Origin: Candidatus Uhrbacteria bacterium
GTDB taxonomy: Bacteria > Patescibacteriota > Patescibacteriia > 2-12-FULL-60-25
Length of the DNA stretch: 64,000 nt
Assembly: GCA_016222815.1 (NCBI GenBank)
Contig: JACRQE010000007.1
Location: 3,073-67,072, forward strand
Direction of reading: 5' to 3'
Shown here piece by piece: positions 39,170-48,057 of this stretch. Positions within the stretch are counted from its first letter, which is position 1. Each line of letters starts with the position of its first letter. The notes under the pieces were generated by a model. The model saw nothing but the letters and a program-made list of their open reading frames with translations, was not told where the DNA came from and ran no database searches. Made by a program: the position numbers and the translations under genes.

Positions 39170-39367
39170 ATGACGCTCGGACAAGCGATTTACAGAGCAT
39201 TCGTCGCCGCATTCGCCATCGCCTTCGTCATCATGGCGCTTCTGCTCATCGGCGGCATCGCCCTTCTCTCCCTCGTCTTCAGCCTGCTCCTCGGGGTCGC
39301 CTGGTACAAGGTCCTGATCATCGTCTCCGCAACGGCGTTGATCACATTCCTTCTCACCAAGGACTAG
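39170..39367 (+). CDS. Small hydrophobic membrane protein (65 aa, orphan cassette C)
   Basis: MTLGQAIYRAF...; almost entirely hydrophobic; SD, promoter and terminator present. Confidence 0.65.
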   Translation: MTLGQAIYRAFVAAFAIAFVIMALLLIGGIALLSLVFSLLLGVAWYKVLIIVSATALITFLLTKD

Positions 39368-39383
39368 CCCCTCCCCACTCGAC

Positions 39384-39434
39384 GCACCCGCGCCGCCTGC
39401 CTCCTCGCAAGCGCCGCCGGGTGCTTCTTCTTTT
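39384..39434 (+). terminator. Terminator of cassette C
   Basis: GCACCCG...CGGGTGC followed by TTCTTCTTTT. Confidence 0.55.
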
Positions 39435-39443
39435 ATTCAGAAA

Positions 39444-40154
39444 TCATCTTTTCTCTTTGATTTTCCTCAACACGAAAAACCCATGTCTAACTTTCCCTGG
39501 TTTGACTTCATGGCTCTCAACTACCTCAAATCCGTGTTCTGCGAAATACTCTTTCCATCCGTTCACGCTCCGGTAATTATGCGGCGCATCCGCTGATATC
39601 TCCATATTGATCTTCCTGTCTTCTCTTTCTACCAACTTCTGTTCTTCTGCCGAGTCCACAAGATCCTCTGCCATGAACAGATAACCGTCAGGTTTCAGCA
39701 CGCGACGTATTTCATCTAAGATTTTCGAGTGCGCAGCGGAGTCAATATGGTGCATCACGAAATTCAAAGTCACCCCATCGGCAGTTTCATCTGGTACATC
39801 ACGCATGTTTTCTGCCCTGTTATGGGTCTCAAGATAGGTAGAGTCATGTGCCAGAGTACGCAATCGTTCAGCCACAGGTACGGTCATGTAGTCATCCGGA
39901 TCTAGTCCAATGATCTTGGACCCCGGCAGGATTTTATCCATTTCATCAATTTCGTGTCCTTTTCCCGAGCCGATGCTCACGACCGTCACCCCCTGTTCGA
40001 CGTTATTCTGTTTCAAGACCCGCGGTTCTATATATCTAATTTTAGGCGCCAAATACTTTCCAACCCTCAATTCTTCTACCATCCAATCAGCTCTTTGTTC
40101 CAAAGCCTTATCGGCAGGACCTCTGGTAAGTGCTCTTATCAGCTTTTCACGCAC
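39444..40154 (-). CDS. Class I SAM-dependent methyltransferase (true start possibly 40210 via frameshift)
   Basis: SIGSGKG, IGLD, NFVMHHI, EIRRVLKPDG. Confidence 0.88.
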   Translation of the reverse strand: MREKLIRALTRGPADKALEQRADWMVEELRVGKYLAPKIRYIEPRVLKQNNVEQGVTVVSIGSGKGHEIDEMDKILPGSKIIGLDPDDYMTVPVAERLRTLAHDSTYLETHNRAENMRDVPDETADGVTLNFVMHHIDSAAHSKILDEIRRVLKPDGYLFMAEDLVDSAEEQKLVEREDRKINMEISADAPHNYRSVNGWKEYFAEHGFEVVESHEVKPGKVRHGFFVLRKIKEKR

Positions 40155-40251
40155 GCCATGCCGTTTCGGCGCTGATTGATCTACGTTTTGTTTAAATGAT
40201 TCATTTTCATATTTTCAGTACGATAACTCTTGGACCATGCTCTGTAAAATC

Positions 40252-40280
40252 AAAACACCCTGCTTTTCGGCAGGATGTTT
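40252..40280 (-). terminator. Terminator after rpsI
   Basis: Minus strand AAACATCCTGC-loop-GCAGGGTGTTTT. Confidence 0.7.
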
Positions 40281-40291
40281 CAGTCTTTCTT

Positions 40292-40894
40292 TTAGCGCTT
40301 GCTCCACTGCGGGCTGCGGCGCGCTCCCTTGAGGCCGAACTTCTTGCGCTCCTTCTTGCGTGAGTCGCGTTCCAGGTAGCCGAGTTTCTTGAGCGTTTTT
40401 CGGAATGTCGGGTTCAGTTGGATCAAAGCGCGTGAGATGCCGTGGCGGACCGCTTCGGCCTGGCCGCGGATGCCTCCGCCCAAGACGCGGGCGCTGATGT
40501 CGACTGCCGTTTCTTGTCCCGTTACCTTAAGCGGCGAAACGATTTCGTCGCGCAGGTCATAGGTCCCGAAATATTCATTGTAGAGTTTTCCGTTGACCGT
40601 GACCGTGCCCTTACCGTTCTTGATCAAGCGCACGCGGGCCACCGAAGTCTTGCGGCGTCCGATAGCCGGGATGAACGAGCCGCCTTTGGCCGCCTTGCTG
40701 GCCACCAAATCAGCCGCTTCCAATGCTTCAATCTTGGCTGCTTCTTTTTCGGCCATCAAAACTTCGTTCTCTTCCGAGGTTTCCTTCTTTTTGGCCGGTG
40801 CTTTCTTCTCTTTAATCTCCGCCTTCTTGGCCGGCGCCTTCTTCTTGGCCGGTTCTTTTGCTTCGTCCTTGGTTGCTTTGGTCGGCATAGTCAT
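40292..40894 (-). CDS. rpsI: 30S ribosomal protein S9 with N-terminal extension
   Basis: GRRKTSVARV, GGGIRGQ, ERKKFGLKGARRSPQWSKR. Confidence 0.98.
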   Translation of the reverse strand: MTMPTKATKDEAKEPAKKKAPAKKAEIKEKKAPAKKKETSEENEVLMAEKEAAKIEALEAADLVASKAAKGGSFIPAIGRRKTSVARVRLIKNGKGTVTVNGKLYNEYFGTYDLRDEIVSPLKVTGQETAVDISARVLGGGIRGQAEAVRHGISRALIQLNPTFRKTLKKLGYLERDSRKKERKKFGLKGARRSPQWSKR

Positions 40895-41274
40895 TAGGCG
40901 ATGATCAATCTTTTAAGTCTGGCCGTCTGTTGGCGGTTCTTAGGCAGCATGTACTTCACGGCGTGGCGCAGGATTTCTCCCGGATTCTCTTCGCGTAATT
41001 TCGATACCGGCTTGCGCTTCAGGCCGCCTGGGCGGTTCGAGGTGCTGAAGTGGACTTTCTGTTCCCACTTCTTGCCCGTGAATACGACCTTGTCGGCGTT
41101 CTTGATCTTCACGAAATCTCCGGCATCAATATGCGGTTCGTAGCCCGGCTTGTGTTTGCCGATGAGCAGAGTGGCCACGCGCGTCGCCAACCTTCCGACC
41201 ACCAATCCGGTGGCGTCGATCTCGTGCGTCTCGCGTTTTACTTGCGGCATCCCGCGTGTGTTTTTCCAGGTCAT
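40894..41274 (-). CDS. rplM: 50S ribosomal protein L13
   Basis: IDA..VVGRLA, GKHKP.YEPH.D.GD, MLPKN. Confidence 0.97.
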   Translation of the reverse strand: MTWKNTRGMPQVKRETHEIDATGLVVGRLATRVATLLIGKHKPGYEPHIDAGDFVKIKNADKVVFTGKKWEQKVHFSTSNRPGGLKRKPVSKLREENPGEILRHAVKYMLPKNRQQTARLKRLIIA

Positions 41275-41275
41275 A

Positions 41276-41632
41276 TTAGTCTTTCACCAGTTGAATCTGG
41301 GCGATTTCAGCGCCATCACCCTGACGCGTGCCGAGTTTGATGATCCGGGTATAACCGCCAGGTCTGGTCGCATAGCGCGGACCCAGCTCTTCCAAGACCT
41401 TATTGACGGCTGATTCAACCGTCAAAACCTTAGCTAGTTGGCGGCGTGAGGTCAAAGTCTTGGTGCGACCGGTCGTGATGAGTTTCTCGACCATGGGGCG
41501 CACAGCTTTGGCCTTGGCCAGAGTCGTATTCATCTTTTCGTACAAAACCAAGCTCGTCGCCAAATTTCGGAGCAACGCCAGCCTGGGTCCGGCTTTACGG
41601 TCAAGTGTCTTTCCTTTGCGGTTATGCTTCAT
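41276..41632 (-). CDS. rplQ: 50S ribosomal protein L17
   Basis: LLRNLATSL, TTLAKAK, RPGGYTRIIK. Confidence 0.98.
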   Translation of the reverse strand: MKHNRKGKTLDRKAGPRLALLRNLATSLVLYEKMNTTLAKAKAVRPMVEKLITTGRTKTLTSRRQLAKVLTVESAVNKVLEELGPRYATRPGGYTRIIKLGTRQGDGAEIAQIQLVKD

Positions 41633-42320
41633 ATTCTACGTCCTTAAGCAGGTTCAAGTGATCTAGCAAGATTCCGACTGCCGTGCGACAGGCATCCAGG
41701 GCATCCGTAGTCCCGTCCGTTTCGATGGTCAAAACCAATTTATCGTAGTCCGTCTTTTCGCCCAGACGCGTAGCTTCGACTTTGTACGACACGTTCATCA
41801 CCGGATTGTACAAAGCATCTATGGCGATTGTGCCCAAATCCAGTTTTTCTTTGGCCCGTTCTTCGGTCGAGCGGTATCCGCGACCCTGGGCTACGGTGAT
41901 TTCCATCTCGATCGAAGCATTCTTATCGGTCAGCGTGGCGATCGCCAAATCCGGATTCATGATCTCCACGTCGGCGTTCTTCTCGAAATCCCCTGCCGTC
42001 ACGGTCTTTTCGCCCTTGACCGTCAAGGACAGCTTGACCGGTTCTTCGGCGTGGCATTTGAGTCGCAGGGTCTTGAGGTTCAGGATTATCTCCAAAACAT
42101 CTTCCTTGACGTTCGGGATGGTGGAAAATTCATGTTCTACGCCCCGGATCTTGACCGCCGTCACTGAAGCGCCAGGCAATGAAGACAGCAAAACGCGGCG
42201 CAGTGCGTTGCCGATGGTGGTGCCGAAACCCGGCATGCACGGTTCGACCGTCAGCATGCCTTCGTTGGGCCTCTCGCCTCGGCTGAAGCGAATCTTGGTT
42301 GGGAGAAGAAATGACTCCAT
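41622..42320 (-). CDS. rpoA: RNA polymerase alpha subunit (NTD only, 232 aa)
   Basis: EP..PGFGTTIGNALRRVLLSS, HEFSTI, GRGY, DYDKL...IETDG. Confidence 0.97.
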   Translation of the reverse strand: MESFLLPTKIRFSRGERPNEGMLTVEPCMPGFGTTIGNALRRVLLSSLPGASVTAVKIRGVEHEFSTIPNVKEDVLEIILNLKTLRLKCHAEEPVKLSLTVKGEKTVTAGDFEKNADVEIMNPDLAIATLTDKNASIEMEITVAQGRGYRSTEERAKEKLDLGTIAIDALYNPVMNVSYKVEATRLGEKTDYDKLVLTIETDGTTDALDACRTAVGILLDHLNLLKDVEYEA

Positions 42321-42337
42321 ATGATAAAAAAGGAACG

Positions 42338-42949
42338 TTAGCGCGAATAAAATTCAATGATAAGTTGGGGCTCGAAAACCTGTTTCAGCTCTTCTCCAGC
42401 CGGCAGGCTCGTTACCTTGGCCGTCAATTCTTTCATGTCAGAAGTTATCCACGAAGGAGATTCGGTTTTGGATGCCGCTTCGGCGAAAGCTTTCCAGATC
42501 TTCTTTTCGCGCTTGCCCTGGCGGATGGCGATGATGTCACCGGGCTTGACCGAGTATGAGGCAATCGTGACCTTCTTGCCGTTCACGTCCACATGCGCAT
42601 GCGAGACCAGCTGACGGGCGGCAGCGCGTGTCTTGGCGAAACCGGCGCGGAAGACCGCGTTGTCCAACCGCAATTCGAGCAGGCGGACAAGGTTGGCGGC
42701 AGTATCGCCCTTCATGTTGGTCGCTTTCTCGAAATAGTTGCGGAATTGGCGTTCAGCCACCCCGAATACAAGCTTGGCACGCTGTTTCTCGCGCAGCTGC
42801 TTGCCGTAATCCGTTTGGCGGGTGCGGCTCGTCGGCCCGTGGACGCCAGGACCATAAGGACGCCGTTCCAGGATGCGCGCCATCTTTTCGCGCCCGTCCA
42901 GGTTCAGACCTTCCCGGCGGACCCTTTTTGCTGTGACTCGTAATCTCAT
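42338..42949 (-). CDS. rpsD: 30S ribosomal protein S4
   Basis: YGKQLREKQ, LELRLDN, ARQLVSH, IEFYSR. Confidence 0.98.
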   Translation of the reverse strand: MRLRVTAKRVRREGLNLDGREKMARILERRPYGPGVHGPTSRTRQTDYGKQLREKQRAKLVFGVAERQFRNYFEKATNMKGDTAANLVRLLELRLDNAVFRAGFAKTRAAARQLVSHAHVDVNGKKVTIASYSVKPGDIIAIRQGKREKKIWKAFAEAASKTESPSWITSDMKELTAKVTSLPAGEELKQVFEPQLIIEFYSR

Positions 42950-42967
42950 ATCTGGTGGTAGTTCAGG

Positions 42968-43417
42968 TTAGACGCGGCGCGGTCGCGGTGCGCGGCAGCC
43001 GTTATGGGGAATCGGTGTTACGTCCTTGATGCTCAAAACCGAGATGTTGTTTGCCTGGAAAGCGCGGATAGCGCCTTCGCGTCCCTGGCCCACGCCGGAG
43101 ATGAAGACGTTCACTTCCTTGATGCCTGAATCACCGGCTTTGTCCAAAGCATTCTTGACCACCAACGAAGCTGCGTACGGGGTGGATTTCTTCGGGCCTT
43201 TGAAACCGGAAGAACCGGCGCTTGACCACGACACGACATTGCCGTTCAGGTCCGTCAGGGTCACGATGGTGTTGTTGTAAGTCGCCTGGATGTACGCCCG
43301 GCCGTGTGAAATCGAAGGCTTGGCCTTGTTGGTCTTGCGCTTCGGTTTGGCCGATTTGGCTGACTTCGCTTTTTCCGCGGTCTGTTCGACGGCGGTTGTG
43401 GTCTGCTTGTCTTCCAT
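42968..43417 (-). CDS. rpsK: 30S ribosomal protein S11
   Basis: NNTIVT, KSTPYAA, DVTPIPHNGCR. Confidence 0.99.
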   Translation of the reverse strand: MEDKQTTTAVEQTAEKAKSAKSAKPKRKTNKAKPSISHGRAYIQATYNNTIVTLTDLNGNVVSWSSAGSSGFKGPKKSTPYAASLVVKNALDKAGDSGIKEVNVFISGVGQGREGAIRAFQANNISVLSIKDVTPIPHNGCRAPRPRRV

Positions 43418-43420
43418 AGA

Positions 43421-43807
43421 TTACTTCTTTTCGAGTTTACGTTTACCGGATCCCATCGTGCGGCGCGTATTGCCCCTCACGGTGCGGCAGTTCGTCTTGG
43501 TCCGTTGTCCGCGTGCCGGCAAGCCCTTGATGTGACGGGTCCCGCGGAAGCATCCGATATCTTTCAGGCGCTTGACGTTGCCCAAAACCTCGCGACGCAG
43601 TTCACCTTCGACCTTATGGGTCTTTTCGACGATGTCGCGCAACGTGTTCGCCTGGGCTTCGGTCAAATCCTTGACCCGGGTATCCGGCGAGATGTCAGTT
43701 TCTTTCAGGATCTTTTTGGCGGTATGCAAACCGATACCGTAGATATACGTCAAACCGACCTCGATTCGCTTTTGGGCCGGGAGCGTTACGCCTGCGATGC
43801 GTGCCAT
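43421..43807 (-). CDS. rpsM: 30S ribosomal protein S13
   Basis: [27 protein letters not shown]. Confidence 0.99.
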   Translation of the reverse strand: MARIAGVTLPAQKRIEVGLTYIYGIGLHTAKKILKETDISPDTRVKDLTEAQANTLRDIVEKTHKVEGELRREVLGNVKRLKDIGCFRGTRHIKGLPARGQRTKTNCRTVRGNTRRTMGSGKRKLEKK

Positions 43808-43852
43808 AGGATATTTATTGAGACCGTTCAGCCAAAGATTTAATTCGTAATA

Positions 43853-43969
43853 TTAGCCTTGCCGCTGTTTATGCTTGGGGCTCTTTTTGCAGATAACCAC
43901 CACGCGGCCCTTCCGACGGATGACCTGGCAATCTCGACACATGGATTTCACGGATGCTCGGACTTTCAT
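43853..43969 (-). CDS. rpmJ: 50S ribosomal protein L36
   Basis: Manual translation [38 protein letters not shown]; below the ORF-track size cutoff. Confidence 0.97.
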   Translation of the reverse strand: MKVRASVKSMCRDCQVIRRKGRVVVICKKSPKHKQRQG

Positions 43970-44008
43970 AGGGTTTGCGTTTCAGTGGTGATTTGATAAG
44001 AAACTTTC

Positions 44009-44100
44009 TATTTCGACGCAGGCGGACCGGATAGAGCGTAATAAGCCGTACTGGTGTACGGCGCCTAGCTCAAGTGGTTTCGCTTGATTGCGCCAAAATA
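44009..44100. other. Long imperfect hairpin between infA and rpmJ
   Basis: Nested pairings TATTT/AAATA, CGCA/TGCG, GGCGGA/TTCGCT, GAGC/GCTC, apical GCCGTAC-TGGT-GTACGGC. Confidence 0.55.
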
Positions 44101-44117
44101 AAAGGTTCTCAAGTGGG

Positions 44118-44351
44118 CTATAGTCTATATGTAATCCGACCCTTTGTCAAATCGTAGGGGGTGATTTCGACCTGGACCTCGTCTCCAGGGGTCAGCCGGA
44201 TCCGGTTCATCCTCAATTTTCCTGCTAAATGACACAAAATCGTGTGTCCGTTATCCAGTTTTACACGGAAAGCCGTGGCCGGCAAAGCCTCTTCGACTAC
44301 GCCTTTGACTACTAAAAAATCCTTGTTGCCAGGATTATTGGATGCTGCCAT
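44118..44351 (-). CDS. infA: Translation initiation factor IF-1
   Basis: [37 protein letters not shown]. Confidence 0.98.
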   Translation of the reverse strand: MAASNNPGNKDFLVVKGVVEEALPATAFRVKLDNGHTILCHLAGKLRMNRIRLTPGDEVQVEITPYDLTKGRITYRL

Positions 44352-44476
44352 AAATAGCTTGTTGTTGGGACATGCTTGGGATGATAAGCGCGTTGATTAT
44401 CGAAATAATGTCAAAAGGATAGCAGTATTGGGCTAAATGGGTCAAATCTAGGCCGTCTGGAGATTGTTTCGTGAAT

Positions 44477-44866
44477 TCACTCGGTATCACACAGCATGTC
44501 TTCAGGCTTGGTGCATCTCGTGCTATTTATCTTGCCTTCTATCATGCCTTGCGAGAAAACTTCCTCCAATTTAGCATTCGGATTCTTACATGACACGCCT
44601 TCGACGTTAATACCATCTGAATCCTCGCCGGTAATTTGGGCGCAGACTATTCCGCCTTCGGGGCCGATCTTTTCACACAGCTCTTCTGCCTGTTCGACGC
44701 TGGTGGCGGTAGGACCGGTTGTTCTGCAGCTTTCCTTCTCGGTCTGTGCGCAACCGAATGGTCCGCAATTCGCTGCTGCCGCTAAGGCTAAAGCTGATGC
44801 GATTTTCTTTCCCTTTTCCGTGATACTAGCGGCTTTCTTAGGCGCTCTTTGTTCGAAACTTGGCAT
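44477..44866 (-). CDS. Cys-rich hypothetical exported/lipoprotein-like protein
   Basis: Basic N-terminus, hydrophobic stretch ending in Cys, 8 Cys in total; TATAAT 9 nt upstream. Confidence 0.65.
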   Translation of the reverse strand: MPSFEQRAPKKAASITEKGKKIASALALAAAANCGPFGCAQTEKESCRTTGPTATSVEQAEELCEKIGPEGGIVCAQITGEDSDGINVEGVSCKNPNAKLEEVFSQGMIEGKINSTRCTKPEDMLCDTE

Positions 44867-44889
44867 AGTTTATTAATTATACCTTAAAT

Positions 44890-45291
44890 TCAAGGTGAAG
44901 CGTTATTTTCCGGGTACTTTCCGTCATAACCCCCGACCCTAGGATCGGTCGTGGCGCTGCCGTTCGTCTTGTCTACCGGAAACCTATCCGGAAATTCAGC
45001 GGCAATGAAGTCCATGGCGTCACGCAAATCCACCCGGCAATAGTCAGCTAAAGTCGAGAGATACCACAGCATATCGCCGAAAAAATCCACCACTTCCTCC
45101 TTCATTTCCGGAGTCGGCTCATCCACCAGCATCCTGCGGATCTCCGTATCCGGCTTCCATTTGATCAAGTTCCTGAATTCCCCGATCTCTTCGACCAATC
45201 CGAGCAAGAGATCCTTGGGTTCGTGATGCTTCTCCCAGCCACGCGCATATTTGAACTCATGCACGAATTTCTGGAATTCTTGGATTTCCAT
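44890..45291 (-). CDS. MazG-like nucleotide pyrophosphohydrolase
   Basis: RGWEKHHEPKDLLLGLVEEIGE and GDMLWYL motifs. Confidence 0.85.
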   Translation of the reverse strand: MEIQEFQKFVHEFKYARGWEKHHEPKDLLLGLVEEIGEFRNLIKWKPDTEIRRMLVDEPTPEMKEEVVDFFGDMLWYLSTLADYCRVDLRDAMDFIAAEFPDRFPVDKTNGSATTDPRVGGYDGKYPENNASP

Positions 45292-45299
45292 AGTCTTGT

Positions 45300-47153
45300 T
45301 CAGCGCTTCTCGCCCTCGACCGTCGCCTTGATCCGCCTCACCCCAGCAGACACCGCCTCTTCCTTTTGTATCTTGAACGCCCCCAACTCGCCCGTATGCG
45401 TCACATGAGGCCCGCCGCAGATTTCTTTCGAAAAATCACCCACCGTGTAGACGCTGACCTTATCGCCGTATTTCTGCTCGAATAACCCGATAGCGCCTGT
45501 GGATTTAGCTTCATCAACAGTCATCTCTTCACGCGTCACCGGCAAGTCGCGCCGGATTGCATCGTTCACCAAATCCTCGACCTGTTTGATTTCTTCGGGT
45601 GTCATCTTTTGGGCATGCGAAAAATCGAAACGCAGCCTTTCCGCGGTGATATTGCTCCCCTTCTGCGCCACATGGTCGCCGAGGACGCTTCTCAAAGCCT
45701 TTTGGAGCAGATGCGTCGCCGTATGCAGCCGTGTCGTCTCGACCGAATGTTCGGCTAAACCGCCCTTAAAGGCACCGGCTGAAGCTGTCCGCGACAGTTC
45801 CTGATGTTTTTCGAACTCACGTTTGAAGGCTTCGACATCCAGATTGCCGCCCCGCTCCCCGACCAGCTCTTGCGTCAATTCCAACGGGAATCCATAGGTC
45901 GAGAAAAGGATGAAAGCCTCCTCGCCCGTAATTACGTGGTCGGCCATCATGCTTTCGAATTCCTTCAGTCCCTTCTCTATGGTTTTATCGAATTTTTCCT
46001 CTTCCTGCATGATGGCATCGATGACTTTGGTTCGGTTCGTCTCCAGTTCGGCATAATGTCCGCCGAATTCGCCGATGACTACGCCGGCCAAATGCGACAG
46101 AAACGGTTCGCGGATGCCCAGTCTCCGGCCTTCGCGCACCGCCCGACGGATAAGCCGACGGACGATATATCCCTGGCCAACGTTTGAGGGCAAAACGCCG
46201 CGCGGATCGCCGATGATGAAGGTCGCGGCCCGTGCGTGGTCTGCGATGATACGCATGGACCGCGTTGCCGCATCGTCAGTCCCGTATTTCTTGCCCGACT
46301 TCCCCTCGACAGCCGAAATCAGCACCTGGAACTCCTGAAGATCGAAAACCGTCTGAGCGCCGTTCAACACGGCGGTCGTCCTTTCCAATCCCATGCCCGT
46401 ATCCACGTTCTTCGAGGGCAGCGGTTTGAGTTGGCCGCCCTCCTCTTCGCGCTGGAACTGCATGAACACATTGTTCCAAATCTCGACAAACCTGCCGCAA
46501 TCACAGTTGGGATGGCAGACCTGGCCGTATGCCGGGTCATGGGCTTTTCCGGTATCGTAAAAAATCTCGGTATCCGGTCCGCACAGTCCCTTCATCTTCG
46601 GATCAGGCCACCAATTCTTGGATTTCGGGTATGCGAAGATGCGCGCTCCCCTGTTGGTTGACGCCGGCTCATCCCGTCCCGCCACACCGACCTCTGCCGC
46701 GATGTCGTGCATCCCGAACTGGGCTTGCCAGATGGCGACCGACTCCTCGTCCCGCGGCGCATCCTGGTCGCCTTCGAAAACGGAAACGTAAATCTTCAAC
46801 GGATCAAGGCCCAGCCATTCTTTATCGGTCAGGAATTCATACGACCAACCGATCGATTCAGGTTTGAAGTAATCCCCCAGGGACCAGTTCCCCAGCATTT
46901 CGAAGAACGTCAGGTGTCTATTGTCTCCGACTTCTTCGATATCACCGGTCCGGATGCACTTTTGGCTGTTTGCCAGACGGACACCCATAGGATGCGCCTG
47001 TCCTTTCAGATATGGGATAAGCGGATGCATCCCGGCCATGGTGAACAGCACCGTGGGGTCGTTTTCGGGGATCAATGATGCCGAAGGTATCACGGCATGT
47101 CCTTTGCTCTTGAAGAAATCAAGATATTTTTGGCGTATTTCGGATAATGTCAT
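45300..47153 (-). CDS. alaS: Alanine--tRNA ligase (short, no C-Ala domain)
   Basis: HLTFFEMLGN, EIWNNVFMQ, DTGMGLER, HTATHLL, EICGGPHV. Confidence 0.98.
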   Translation of the reverse strand: MTLSEIRQKYLDFFKSKGHAVIPSASLIPENDPTVLFTMAGMHPLIPYLKGQAHPMGVRLANSQKCIRTGDIEEVGDNRHLTFFEMLGNWSLGDYFKPESIGWSYEFLTDKEWLGLDPLKIYVSVFEGDQDAPRDEESVAIWQAQFGMHDIAAEVGVAGRDEPASTNRGARIFAYPKSKNWWPDPKMKGLCGPDTEIFYDTGKAHDPAYGQVCHPNCDCGRFVEIWNNVFMQFQREEEGGQLKPLPSKNVDTGMGLERTTAVLNGAQTVFDLQEFQVLISAVEGKSGKKYGTDDAATRSMRIIADHARAATFIIGDPRGVLPSNVGQGYIVRRLIRRAVREGRRLGIREPFLSHLAGVVIGEFGGHYAELETNRTKVIDAIMQEEEKFDKTIEKGLKEFESMMADHVITGEEAFILFSTYGFPLELTQELVGERGGNLDVEAFKREFEKHQELSRTASAGAFKGGLAEHSVETTRLHTATHLLQKALRSVLGDHVAQKGSNITAERLRFDFSHAQKMTPEEIKQVEDLVNDAIRRDLPVTREEMTVDEAKSTGAIGLFEQKYGDKVSVYTVGDFSKEICGGPHVTHTGELGAFKIQKEEAVSAGVRRIKATVEGEKR

Positions 47154-47170
47154 ATGCGGCTTTTCGGTCG

Positions 47171-47198
47171 TATGCTACATGCTACATGCTTCATGACT
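47171..47198. repeat. 7-bp tandem repeat (CATGCTA-type)x4
   Basis: TATGCTA CATGCTA CATGCTT CATGACT upstream of alaS. Confidence 0.8.
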
Positions 47199-47203
47199 CG
47201 TGT

Positions 47204-48034
47204 TCAAGACACGTCACCCACGGACATGCTGGTCACATTTTCCACCGTATTCAGCGGCTCCGGCGGATTCACAGACCCTTTTTTGCTGAAGAGCTGATGG
47301 TAAACGAGCTCGGCCTGGTTGGCGAAAACTTTCAGCAGCGAAATCTCGACGTCATTGATCTTCGCGGCATCTACCGCCAACAGTAGATAAGCCTTGACCG
47401 CCGAATCCTTGCGGTCAGAAGGGATGGCTAAAATCTCACGGCCGTCTTCAGTCTGCATGAACGCATGCGTAGAGCCGAACTGGTGCAAGTTGCGCAGCTC
47501 TTTATTCGCCACCTTCAAAGCCTTGCCGCGCAGATTCTCGTGGTAATACTCGCGTTCCGTCCTGAGCCGCTCAAGTTCGATGAACCTGATCATGGCGCCC
47601 TTGGCATTGACGCTGGCTGAGGCATTAGATACCAGGGCTTTCATCAAATCCTTCTCGTAAGCCTCGGATCCGACTAGGGTCAACGAGGTCTGGTTGACCA
47701 GCGATTTCAGCACGTCGATTTGTCGGTTGACCGAACCGATATATTTATAAGACTCGAGCAGCTCTTTCACTGCCCGTTCCGACTGTGATACGGCCTCATC
47801 CCTTTCTTTGAGGCGCCTCTCCATCATGCGTTCGAACAACGAAACGGTCATCAAGCCGGCCATGCCGAAGATGAATATCAGTACCTCTTCGAAGTGCTCT
47901 TCAGGTATGCCGAAAAAACCCCTCCGCACCAAAGAAGGCGAGAGCACGGCTAAAACGAAAAACAAAAGGTAGACCAACGAAATCCACTCCGGTTTTTTGA
48001 TTAATTCGTTTTTGATGCTCATTCTTTTATCCAT
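47204..48034 (-). CDS. Hypothetical 2-TM protein with coiled coil and possible GAF-like domain
   Basis: Two TMs, helical linker, C-terminal EISLLKVFANQAELV; start 48034 or 48022. Confidence 0.7.
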   Translation of the reverse strand: MDKRMSIKNELIKKPEWISLVYLLFFVLAVLSPSLVRRGFFGIPEEHFEEVLIFIFGMAGLMTVSLFERMMERRLKERDEAVSQSERAVKELLESYKYIGSVNRQIDVLKSLVNQTSLTLVGSEAYEKDLMKALVSNASASVNAKGAMIRFIELERLRTEREYYHENLRGKALKVANKELRNLHQFGSTHAFMQTEDGREILAIPSDRKDSAVKAYLLLAVDAAKINDVEISLLKVFANQAELVYHQLFSKKGSVNPPEPLNTVENVTSMSVGDVS

Positions 48035-48057
48035 ACGACCGATCCGGTTGATTCGAT

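Noticed and set aside
39091..39576. 161-aa Arg/His-rich plus-strand ORF
   Set aside because: Alternative frame of the 65-aa gene running through its promoter and terminator and into the convergent gene.
45300..47153. alaS as a truncated pseudogene
   Set aside because: Aminoacylation and editing motifs are intact and the stop is followed closely by the next gene; short AlaRS forms lacking C-Ala are known.
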